Below, piece after piece: positions 11,241 to 22,600 of a DNA stretch of 64,000 bases. The position numbers and the translations under genes were made by a program. Source of the stretch: Tetramitus jugosus (Eukaryota; Protista; Heterolobosea). The DNA lies in assembly GCA_937625935.1 (NCBI GenBank), contig OW569349.1, positions 248,001-312,000 of the forward strand, in the 5' to 3' direction. Every line of letters begins with the position of its first letter. Within the stretch, counting starts at the first letter, position 1. The notes beneath the pieces are model-generated. The model saw only the letters and a program-made list of their open reading frames with translations. It did not search any database and was not told the DNA's origin.

Positions 11241-11520
11241 CTTTCTCTTGAAGGTTGATAATGTGCTGTGATCTCAACTACAATTTTCTTTTGTTTGAAC
11301 TGGCCGTTGGATCAAAAAACAAAGCTCCTCGAAAAATGCGGGGCAATATAAATCCATTTACTCCGAGACACTTTTTTTTCTTTGAGCTCAAACAGAAGAA
11401 TTCGATAAGAAACTCTCACATTCCAACGACTGCTGCTTGTGTGAATTGAACTCAACAACAACCAAACAAACAACTACATTACTTGAATTTCGATTACTAC
11501 GTTATTATTATTACTTGAAA

Positions 11521-12190
11521 ATGTCTGGCATGGCTCAAAAGAGATTGATGGAGGAGAGAAAGGCATGGAGAAGAGATCATCCATATGGATTCTGGGCTCG
11601 TCCAGTGACCAATGACGACGGTACCATGAATCTGTTGAAATGGGAAGCTGGTATTCCAGGAAAGCAAGGCGTAAGTAACTCTTTTTTTTTTGTTGTTGTT
11701 GTTGCTCGTGTTGAAAGCTTTTTGAGCTTTTGTTGATTGTTGGGCAGTGTGTGATGAGAAAAAAGCTAACATTTGTTGTTGTTCCTGATGTTGATGTTGT
11801 GGATATATGTACGAATACACCTAATATCTACTGACTTATCTCTCTGCTGCTACGATCATATGATAGACAATGTGGGAAGGTGGTGAATACAAGTTGGTGC
11901 TTGAATTCCCTGAAGATTTTCCACAGAAGCCTCCAAGATGCAGATTCACTCCAGTTCTCTTCCATCCTAATGTATACCCTAGTGGCACTGTCTGTCTAAG
12001 TATTCTGAATGAGGATTATGATTGGAAACCAGCATTGAACTTGAAGCAGGTTTTAACGGGCATTCAAGACTTGTTGGACAACCCAAATCCAAACGATCCT
12101 GCTCAAGCTGAACCATATCACCTCTTTATCAACAATAGAGAAGAATATATGCGAAGAGTGAAGAAGATTGCTCAGGATAGTCGTCCATAG
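11521..12190 (+). CDS. UBC9: SUMO-conjugating enzyme UBC9; exons 11521-11670 and 11867-12190
   Basis: [24 protein letters not shown] and [16 protein letters not shown]; GTAAGT...TAG intron 11671-11866 in phase 0. Confidence 0.96.
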
Positions 12191-12309
12191 TAAAATTATT
12201 TATACCTTGTTTTTTTAATGTTATTTGTCATGTTTTTGTATTATGTTTCAATGCCGTTGACCTGTTGTATTGCATTGTTTGTAACTAGAAAAATTTGTAT
12301 TTACTCTTT

Positions 12310-14161
12310 TCATGCTGCAACTTCCTGCGATTGTTGTTGTCGTGGAGAAGAAGGTTGACTGGTGGTTGTAGTAGTTGTAGGGGTGATATTGCTTGGAGTG
12401 GCTGGAGTAGCTGGAGTGGTTGTTGAGGTAGTAATTGGAGTCAGATTGTCGTCATTCGAGTAAGGTGACTTGCTCACATATGAGTCCAGGTAATAATTGT
12501 CCTGTCCAGCAAACTTCTCTGACAAAGTTCTGAACACGTTGTGGAACTTTAGCGTGTTACCCTTGATACGATACATCTCACAAAGATTTGTTCCAAACAC
12601 CTCTAGAACAGACATTCTGAATCGGAATTCAATGTCCAGTTTTTGCATTCTGACCTTCATCTCAAAGCTTGTCTCAGAGATCTTAATCGTCGTATCCTTC
12701 AAGTCACCAATAAATTTGCTAATCTGCTCAAATATGTCATCTGGATGACCAATGGCAATAAATGTACAATTTCTCTTGACGGAAGCAGGTGAAGACGACT
12801 GTGATTGATTTCTCTTTTGTTTCTTGGATTCCTTGTCCGGTGGTGTAATCAAATTCTGCAACGAATTACTAATCAGGATCGCAACAATGTCGAACGCTGT
12901 CATCTTGTCCGCATTCTGCATACGCACTGAAATTCTCTTGTTACCCAACATGGCATTCCTGTTTCTGTAATTGAGATTTCTCTCTCTTCTCATGTCATCA
13001 ATCTCTCCAAACACATCATTCACACCACTGCTGCCACCACCTCTGTTTCTCTGACTCATCGTGCTCAACTCGTTGAGCATTGTGGCCGTTGATGCCTCAT
13101 CATAAATCACTTCTTCCTTTGCGTCTTGAATTGCATTTTCCACATCCATCTTCGTAATAATGATATCGGCGTTTCGGTTGAATCCTCTGCCTTCATCGTC
13201 CTCCACCGATATGGTACTCAACGTATGCTTGTTGAGCAAATCAGAGTCGTCCAATCCCTCTCGGAACCACTCATCCTCCTGAATGTCCTTCATCTTAGCT
13301 CTCTGCTCCGGATCTACCACAATAATCTTGTCCAACAGTGCACGAACACTGGGTGAGAAATACGAGGGATACTTGAACTCTAGATTTTCAATTCTCTTGA
13401 ACAGGTCATTGACAGTGTCGCCGTCAAATGGATGACAACCAGACAGCATCACAAACAGAATGATACCGCAACTCCAGATATCTGCCTTTTTTCCTTCGTA
13501 CTTTCCCGAGAGAACCTCTGGTGCGACATAGTGCGGCGTTCCACAAATGGTGCTCAACATTGTATTGTTGGAGCTCAGTATACCACTCAGACCAAAATCA
13601 GAAATTTTCAAGTCATCACTCGAATCCAACAACAAATTCTCTGGCTTCAAATCCCTGTGAGCAATATTGTTCTGATGACAATACGCAATTCCATCAATCA
13701 ACTGTCTAAAATATTTTCGCGCAATTTCTTCATCGAATTTTTTGGCGGCCACAATTTTATCAAATAATTCTCCTCCTGTTACGATTTCCATGACAATGTA
13801 AATGTGGTTGGTCGATTTCAAGACTTCTTTCATCTGGACACACGGATATAGGACAGACACAAACAAACAAACATTTGTTAGCTCAACAACAACAACAACA
13901 AATCAATCACAATACATCACAAACAACAAACAAATAACAACATACCTGAACAATATTGCTATGTTTCATTGATTTCAGAACAGAAATTTCTCTCTTGACT
14001 TGCTTCTCCATTCCTTGCTTCTCCAAGTTTTGAATATTCACAATTTTGACGGCAACGACTTCTCTCGTCTCGACATGTATGCCTCGTTTGACTTTTGAAA
14101 AGTTTCCTCGGCCCAAAGTTTCTCTCAGTTCATATTTTCCAACACGTCTCTGTTTGCCCAT
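12310..14161 (-). CDS. CIPK/SnRK3-like (AMPK-related) Ser/Thr kinase; exons 14161-13946 and 13833-12310
   Basis: VGKYELRETLGRGNFSKVK, HRDLKPEN, DFGLS, TICGTPHYVAPEV; NAF-like MTAFDIV and a C-terminal KA1-like region. Intron 13945-13834. Confidence 0.88.
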
Positions 14162-14404
14162 GTTGTTGATGATGTTTTGTTGAAGTAGTTGTCGTTGTTG
14201 TTACTATATTATTTTGTTATAGTATGGCGCGTGTTGTTCAGTTGAGTTTGATAGATGGGACAGTTTTTCTTTGTTTGACTTGCCGCTGGATTTTTTGGTT
14301 TGGCAGACGTCAAATGTCTCAATCGGGGTTTAAGGAAATTCAGAGCTTTGATTGAACGCCTTATGGGAACAAAATTGTTTCAGGAACTGTGGTTGTAACG
14401 ACTT

Positions 14405-15493
14405 TTATGGACTGGGTGTGAAAAACTGGATTAACTTGAGTGCGAAAGGCTTAAAAATATCTGCATTTTCAACACTGTGCATTGACCATGCTCGGAAAAG
14501 AGTCGCTTGATCCTCTCTAGTCTTGCGTCCAACGTGCACACGGAACCGGTGAATCAGCTCTGGTCTTCCATCAGCCAGGAATGCACATGTTATGATTGAT
14601 GATCTCATGCACACTTGTGAAACTGCGTCTGTTCTTGGTGCCATCTTGAGCATTGTATCAGCCAACGTTTCCATCACATCACTCTCCATGCATTTGAGAG
14701 CTAATTTGTCCCACATGTCATCCGGAACAAACTTGTTGTTCAATGAGAGGAACGATAGAATGTTGCTGCACGTTTGTCTGAACATTGGGTCCGTCTTTCC
14801 CATTTTCATCATCCACGGTACGATATTCAACACGGAATACACTGATTTTTGAACGCTCGTATTTTGAACTGTTTGTGCACTCATCATGAATATCATTTCA
14901 TTCAACAGTTCACATGCCGATGCCATTATCTCATCACTCTTGGCACCACTACCACTACTATTATTCGATGATAGCTCTACTCTCATCAAATCACACGTGA
15001 CATATCTCACAACAGAAAACAACATTCCACTCATGAGCATCTCCATTGCCAAATCACTGGGTCTCAATTGCCTATAACTCAATTCAATTGTCAAATCCAA
15101 ATACTTGCTCAACAGTGCCATATCCTCCTCATACTCATCTACACGACTACTACTACTGTCGCTGCTGCTATTCTTACTTTCATTGCACAGCGAAAGCAAA
15201 ACTTTAGTGTACTTGCTCATGAATGAAACAAGTGCACGTACAAAATCATGCTTCTTTTCATGATCCGATTGCATTTGTTTTTCTAGCGATAACAAGTGTT
15301 CATATTCTTGTTGGATCGCATGTTCAGAAGGTATGACGATACCACTTGCTGTTATTCTCTGTTGTCGAAGTTGTCGTTGTTGCTTGTTTTGAGAGAAGAA
15401 GGGTAGTCGGTTGAATGAGAGGAAACTGAGTGCAGCGATAAAACTGGCACCTCCGCCGAGCATCAGTAGAGATCGCAATAAATTACTGTTCAT
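14405..15493 (-). CDS. Hypothetical protein, N-terminal membrane anchor and helical (ARM-like) body
   Basis: 362-aa ORF with an N-terminal hydrophobic segment followed by amphipathic helices; no family recognised. Confidence 0.7.
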   Translation of the reverse strand: MNSNLLRSLLMLGGGASFIAALSFLSFNRLPFFSQNKQQRQLRQQRITASGIVIPSEHAIQQEYEHLLSLEKQMQSDHEKKHDFVRALVSFMSKYTKVLLSLCNESKNSSSDSSSSRVDEYEEDMALLSKYLDLTIELSYRQLRPSDLAMEMLMSGMLFSVVRYVTCDLMRVELSSNNSSGSGAKSDEIMASACELLNEMIFMMSAQTVQNTSVQKSVYSVLNIVPWMMKMGKTDPMFRQTCSNILSFLSLNNKFVPDDMWDKLALKCMESDVMETLADTMLKMAPRTDAVSQVCMRSSIITCAFLADGRPELIHRFRVHVGRKTREDQATLFRAWSMHSVENADIFKPFALKLIQFFTPSP

Positions 15494-15585
15494 GTTCCGT
15501 GTGTGAGTCGATGTTCGATCTTATTTGAATTTTGTTTTTTGTGTGATCAAATTTGAGGTTTTTCTGTGAACAATCGGGAGTGTGT

Positions 15586-17766
15586 TTATCCGATAAGGAG
15601 TTTGTTGGGTGCAGAGTGAGCAGCTTCGGTGGAAGAAGTCTTTGCCTTCTTGTCCTTGTACTTTTCATATCTCCAGAGAGCAATGATGGGCAGACCAATC
15701 AGAAGGAGAGTGGACAGAACTGAAATGGCAACCCAGAAGGAATGACCAGATGGACTGACATAGAGCTCCAGTTCCCACTTGCTTGGTGTGTAGGTCGGGT
15801 AGGGCAGAGCAACGAGTTGAGAGTTTGGAATGATACCTGTTTGGTATTGATAATTTGTCTTGGAGGAGTCAAACACCTTTCCAAAGAAGAAGTCTTCGAC
15901 GTATCCGTTGGTTCTACCGAGACCGAACAAGTGATAAGGAGGTTGAAGCGCAGCGTAGCTCGATTGGGTGAGCTGAGTGTTGATTCTTGGATGCTTCTTT
16001 CCCTGTAGATCAGAAACGGAAAACTTGAATGTCATTCCAGGCATTTGCGTACCTCTTTCCTTTGCTCCGTTGAGTCCATGTGTCTTCAGGAAATAGGCAT
16101 CATTGAAATAATTATTGTAATAACCTCTGATGGTTTGATTGCCTGATTGATGATCATACATGGTTGTGAGAATGTCAAGGACTCCCGATTCGTCCAAATC
16201 CATGAAGAATCCATTATAAATTGGTGTGAAGTCAGTGTCTGGAACGTCAATCAATGGTAGGTCATCGACACCATCCAACTGCTCATGGAATGTTCTTACA
16301 CAATTTTCTGGAGACTTGGAAGGACAAGCAATATTTGTCCATAACATTAGTTTCAATGATTGTATCCTTCTGCCGTTGGTATCGTCACCCTCTGCTAAAT
16401 CAGCAACCTGTATCACAGGCACAACCAAATCAGTGTAGCCATCAAAATTATAATCTCCGGCTCGCATAGTAGCTGGGAAATAGGAGCCATCTGCTTGTTG
16501 GAACGTTTGAGCCAGTCTCTTGTCCGCTGGGAATTGAACATGGTAAGTCTTACTTCCCATGGTAAAGTTTTTCCGTGAACAGAGATCGGTCATTGATCGG
16601 CTTGGTTGATCATTCATGTAGATGACAACTTCGTTTGTGTCATCGCAATATGGTCTTGGATTGCAAACAGGCACAATCAAATCAAAGTCTCCATCTCTAT
16701 CGAAATCGTTGAACACGACACGACCAGAACCAATCGGTGCCTTGAAAACTCGATTCTGTCGCTTCAGTTTTCCCTCCGAGCTCACCCATATTTCAAATAG
16801 TTGATTGGTGCACACTGCTCTTGATGTTGCCGAATAATTTTCGTCCATGCACGACGTGATAAACAAATCAGAGGAACAATCACCATTCAAATCAATAAAA
16901 ACGTTCGTAGCTGGGTACACGAGAGGATACAATGGTTGTTCATCATCAGCCTCCTGTTGCACCACTTCATACACGAGTGTTTGCTGCTCTTCTCCCTTTT
17001 TCGGTGCCTGATTGATCCAAAATGTTCGTTTTCCATTCATTTCACCAAACAGATCCACTCTCATGTCTCCATTGATGTCCATGACCAACACTTGATCATC
17101 AAAATCATAGGGCAACTGTGTCACGTTTGAAAATTTGGCAGAGCTTCCTCCAAGTCCCATATAAGCAATCAATTGATATCCGGGAAAAACTTGCTTCGTG
17201 TCGACGCGATACGTTCTCACAGTGACCAACAAATCCAATTTTCCATCAAAATTCAAATCTGCTGCCGTCACATCTTCAATCAGCGTGTAATTGTCAGCAT
17301 TGGAAGGTGCATTGATTTGAGCATTGTCATTGACTTTGAATTGCCATGTACTGTGAGTCCACAGAAACATTTGAATGCACTGATTCTGACATCCAATCAC
17401 CACTAGATCCGTGCTGCAATTGAATGAACAATCATCGTAAGCTACAATGATCACTCGTAAAAAAAAAGAAGCAAAACAATAATCATCAACAACATACTAC
17501 TTGTCATAGTTGACATCGGCGAGGCATGCAGCTCTACCTTGTATATCTCCCAGATTCAATTCTTTGGTTGCGTCATACAACTTGCTTTTTTGAAAGTTCG
17601 GGGCAGCAGAAAAACTTGGCGGGAAAAAGTTGATGGAGTGTACGGTGGTTGACAAGAGTGTGAGAATAAGTAGGAATAGGGTGATCGTCGATAATAGATT
17701 ATTTTTGCTGTGTTTGTTATTGTTCTTGTTGCTCATCATACGATGTATGATGGTTGTTGTCGTCAT
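15586..17766 (-). CDS. ITFG1: T-cell immunomodulatory protein/LINKIN (FG-GAP repeat type I membrane protein); exons 17766-17498 and 17413-15586
   Basis: Signal peptide; FG-GAP repeats (DLNFDGKLDL, DINGDMRVDL, DLNGDCSSDL, DYNFDGYTDL); ITFG1 C-terminal motifs QSSYAALQPPYHLFGLGRTNGYVE and IIPNSQL; TM helix. Intron 17497-17414 gives ADVNYDKYTDLVV. Confidence 0.9.
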
Positions 17767-18110
17767 GACTGATATTTGTTGTGTTTCTGGTTTGCTATTG
17801 GTTTTTCGGAGTGAGAAGGAAAAAAGCGAAGGAGAAGGAGTTTTTAATACTCCTATTTTCTTGGTTCCAATATATAAAAATCCGATAGCTTGTTGTAAGC
17901 GAAACCCTGAAGCATGTCATGTCAGACATCATCCACACCCCGAAGGTTTGACGTCTCAGACTCGCGTGATGAATTTTGAGAAAGCAACAAAGTGCTACTC
18001 CGCTACAAAGAAACGAGAGGAACAATATCCACTGCTGTCACATTTCTTTCGAGAATCATCAAAACAACAAAACCAAACTCACACAAACACATACATACCA
18101 ATAGAATATC

Positions 18111-19385
18111 ATGTCGGTAAGTGTCTCACTCACTCAACTATTACTCACAACAACCATCCACCTCTGCCACACACCACCTTCATTTACAACGAAAAAAAAA
18201 CAACCGCCAAAATAGTTACTAACTACAATCCTTTCTTTTTTTTCTCACCATCATCATTATCATCATCATCAAAACCACACTCAACTCAAAAATCACCTAC
18301 ACCATACACAAATGACAACAAAACAAAACAAAAAAATCACTCACACTCACTCACACACACACACACACAAACCATAGGACGCCAAAAAGCTCGTGATTCG
18401 TGTCTACTTTGTCGATGACTCATTCAAGACACTTGCCGTCAATTCCACCATCTCTGCCAGTGAACTCTGCTCTGTCGTAGCAGAAAAGATTGAACTGGAC
18501 GAAAAGGAGACGTTTGCTCTCTTCTTCTACAAGAATGGTGAATGTCGTTGCTTGGACGATGAAGAACAACCTTGCAAGGTCATGGTATATGAAACCATGG
18601 GCAACGACGGTGACTTTAACGAGTACATTAGTGATGCTAAAAAGTGGGACAAGTTGAAAAAAGAGTGGGAAAAGGATAGTAAGCTCGTGTACAAGCGACG
18701 AGTCTTCCTCAAGCACAAGGCCATCCCCAGAGAACAAGAAAAGTTTTTAACGTACAGTTATATTCAAGCGGTGGCTGATGTGAGAGACGGAACTTATCCA
18801 TGTTCACAGTCGGCTGCTATTGAGCTCGCTGGTCTTCAAATGCAAGTCACATTCGGTGATCACAACAAGAAGATTCACATTGCTGGTTTCCTAAAGGACA
18901 AGATTGGTCGATTCATACCGGCACCACTGCTGCAGAGCAATCGTCGATTGGAAGACTGGGAGAGAGATATTTTCCAGGAGCACGCACGTCTCTCCATGCT
19001 CAAAAAGGAAGACGCAATGCTCCAGTATTTGCACCACGTGAGAAATTGGAGCTTTTATGGCAGTACGTTCTGGACGGTTACATCTGTCAACAAGGAGAGT
19101 GCCAGTCTGCCTGATCAAGTCGTGTTGGCAGTCAACTCGAACGGTATTCAATTGTTGAAGCTCGGAACAAAGGAACCGATTCTCACACAGAGATATGCCG
19201 ATATTTATAGTTGGGCGTACAAGAAGAATGCATTTGCGTTTGTCAGTGGTGTCCTCACAAAGCAAAAGTTCCAGTTTGCTACTACGCACGGAAAGGACAT
19301 TGCTCGTACATTGCAGGCCTATGTGGAATTTTTGTTGGAGGAGAGGAAGAAGGACGGTGGAAAGGCTGTTCAAAAGACCAACTAA
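18111..19385 (+). CDS. Stand-alone FERM-domain protein; 6-nt first coding exon 18111-18116, exon 2 18378-19385
   Basis: F1 (IRVYFVDDSFKT), F2 (YIQAVADVRDGTYPCSQSAAIELAGLQMQVTFGD), F3 (WSFYGSTFW, VLAVNSNGI, YADIYSW). ATGTCG|GTAAGT...CATAG|GAC is in frame. Confidence 0.85.
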
Positions 19386-19609
19386 TGATCTGTCTGTGTC
19401 TCTATGTCTCTCTGTCTCTCTGCCTCTCTCTTTTCGGTTGTTGCATCAAATGTGTTTGTTTTATGGGCACTTGTTGAACAACTGTTGTACTGTGTATCTA
19501 TTAGAATGGTCTGTGTAGACCACCCAAAAAACAACCAATAAATTGTTCATTCAATTCAAGAGTAATGCAAGCGCTTTTGATAAATATTTAACATTGTGTA
19601 TTACAAATT

Positions 19610-22600
19610 TTACTCGAAATCATCGTCCATCAATGAAACTTCACAATCTCCATCTTCCACGTTCATTGTATTTTCCTGAGATGTCTTGACAGGTGACAGA
19701 TAGGAATCCAATGTATTCTTTTGCACCTTTCTTCTCTTGGCCTTGTTTGCTCTACTGATCACTTTTGTGATAGGAGCAGGCGAAGGAGCAACAGCTTTGG
19801 TTGACTGTTTAGGCTTGATTGGTGACTCTTCATCGTAGTAGGCATCTTCTTCCTGTGATTCAATCTTGGACTTTGGAGCTTGTTTGGTTGTTTTTGCAGC
19901 TGTAGTCTTTGATCTTGTTTTCTTGGCGAGTTGAGTGTCATCAGGGTCATAGTCGTCATCGTTTTCATCGTCACTATCCTTCTTTCTTCCTCTTTTTGGT
20001 TTTGGTCTTTCTTCTTCTTCCTCATCTTCTTCATCGTCTTGGTCGTCATCAGTCAGATTCAAATCAATATCTACCTTCATGGACGATTCAACTTCCTGGC
20101 TGGGTCCCTTTTGCTTGAGCCTATCGAGCAAAGAACCACTGAATTCTTCATCGTCATCTTCAACCTTGGTCTTGGCGGCAGCTGGTGCTCTCTTGGATCT
20201 AGATGGTTTAGCTCTCTTGATGATGACTTCATCATCTTCCTCCTCTTCTTCGTCACTTTCTACTTCTTCTTCCTCATTCTCCTTCTTCAGTGTGAGTTTT
20301 GTTTGTTTGCCCTTTGTTTCAGTGGTTTCCTTCTTGACTGCTGTTGCTCTCACTTTCTTTTCCTTCTTAACCATAATGATTGGGGCAGGTCTGTTCATGC
20401 TTGTGGCGTTTCTCTCTCTCACTTCCACCTTGCTTCCCTTCTTTTTGGCGAGCTTTTTCAAATATTCAACCTCATCCTTCGTTTCTTTGTCTTCAATATC
20501 AGTAAGAACATCGATGAACTGGTCCAAATCCCTAGTCCACATTTGCTCGATTGTGGTTTTGTTGAGCACGTCAATTTCTCGTCCTTTAGAGTTCTTTTCA
20601 TCTTCGAGCTTCTTCACCTTTTCAAGGGAGAGGGACAATAGAGACATACTCAAGAGATAGCTGTAGCCACTATCTAATTTCTTAATCTCGGTGTTTGTTT
20701 CCTCTTCATCACTCTCATCGTCATTTGTATCTTCTACATCTCCAGCAACCTTGACCTTTGACTTTTCATTCTTTGGGAACAGACTATACTTTTTCTTCTT
20801 CAGTTCATTCAAGATGTCCACCTTCTTCCTCTGCTTGATGACAAGATCACCACTGATCACAGCAAGGATGAACCGAACTTTGTTAGATAAAATATCTAAT
20901 TCTCTCTGTAGTTTTGACAATATATGCTCCTTTCTGTTGATGTAGAATTGCTTTCTCACTTCATAAAACTCTCTCAAAATCTCATGAGTAGAGCGGTAAG
21001 TTTTGATCGATCCGTCAGCTGCGAAGAGTGTCATATTAGTAGTGGAAAGTTTCTTCGATAACTTGAAGAACTCGTCCAATCCTTTTGCTTGAGCTTCCTT
21101 CATTTGAGCATCAGTCATGGAGATTGTGAAGGATACAGTAATGTCTGTATGATTTTCTCTGAACTCTTCAATCTTCTTTTCTTCAATAAACTTTTCCAAT
21201 TGTTCCTTGTAGGATTGGGTCCAAACTCTGACAGGAAGCTCAGTGATTTTGATAGTATTACTATCGACCTTGGTCAGCTTACCTCTCGTTTCCCACTTGT
21301 TTAAATCAAGCATTGCAGTATCACCTTCAAAGCCCTTGAACCAAGGTGTCATATCGACAGTCTCTTCCCCTTTGATCAATCGTTTCACATTATCAACAAT
21401 ATCACGAGGATTATAATTTGGAATAAATGTGGACCACGCAGTACCAATACCTTCTGAGCCATTCACTAGAACTAGAGGAATGACAGGTACATAGTGTTTA
21501 GGTTCAATTTTCTGACCATCATCATCCAAGTAATCCAAGATTTCATCATCGTCCTTCTGGAAGATAGTTCGAGTAATCTTTGCTAGCTTCGTGAAAATGT
21601 AACGAGTACTAGCAGCATCCTTTCCGCCTTGTAGTCTTGTACCGAATTGACCACTAGGCACCAATAAATTAATGTTATTTGCACCGACAAAAGTTTGTGC
21701 CATGTTGACAATTGTACCAGCCAAACTAGCTTCACCGTGGTGATATGCAGAGTGTTCAGCAACATAACCGGAGAGTTGAGCAACCTTGATTTCTTTGGTC
21801 AGGTTACGTTTGAAACAAGAGAATAGAATCTTTCTTTGACCAGGTTTCAAACCATCAACTAGACTTGGAATAGAACGAGCACAATCAGCAAGTGAGAAAA
21901 GAACAAACTCTCGATCAAAGAACTCTGAGTATTTGACATTCTTTTGGGTTTGATCTAATTCATCTGTTCCATCCTTATGTTCTGCAAGCCATTTCTTTCT
22001 TTCTTCCACTTTATCTTTTGCGAAGGCAGTAATAATTTTGCTTTGAGATGCATCTCCCTCCCATTTGAACGATTTTTGATGCTGTGTCATGTTGTTAAAG
22101 TACTCTTTTGCTTCCTTAGCAGTACTTGTACCCAGACCCTTGTAATACTTCACTTCCCATTGATTGATGTTTTCGATATTATCCTTCCAGTTAATATACT
22201 GTGGAATTGAAAAGAATGAAAGTTCTTTCTTTTGTCGCTTGTGGGTCGCCTTAATAATAGGTGTGATAAACTCCTTCATAAAGCCATTAATTTGTAAGAG
22301 GGAAGGCCAGAATTTGTGAATCCAGTTGATAATCAAACCCTTAATATGAGAGCCATCGTGATCTTGATCAGCCATGATCATGACACTACCATATCTCAGT
22401 TTCTTTAGTTCTTCTTTTGTGTAGGACTTTTGATGTTGCAAACCCAAAATTTTGGTCAAGGCCTTAATTTCCTCATTGCTGGTAACCTTTGTCGTGGCAC
22501 AATCTCTCACATTCAAAGGTTTTCCTTTGAGTGGGAATACACCATACTTATCTCGACCAATCACACTGAGACCAGCAATAGCAAGAGCCTTTGCAGAATC

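Noticed and set aside
11751-11834. Box C (GTGATGA) and two CTGA boxes in the UBC9 intron
   Set aside because: No terminal stem and no rRNA/snRNA complement that I can recognise; the last CTGAC is better explained as the branch point.
17630-18418. 262-aa plus-strand ORF
   Set aside because: Spans the ITFG1 first exon in antisense, the promoter and the CA-rich FERM intron; low-complexity open frame.
19931-20660. Long plus-strand ORFs opposite TOP2 (similar shadows at 2555-3154, 41955-42464, 63490-63972)
   Set aside because: Antisense shadows of charged or low-complexity coding regions.
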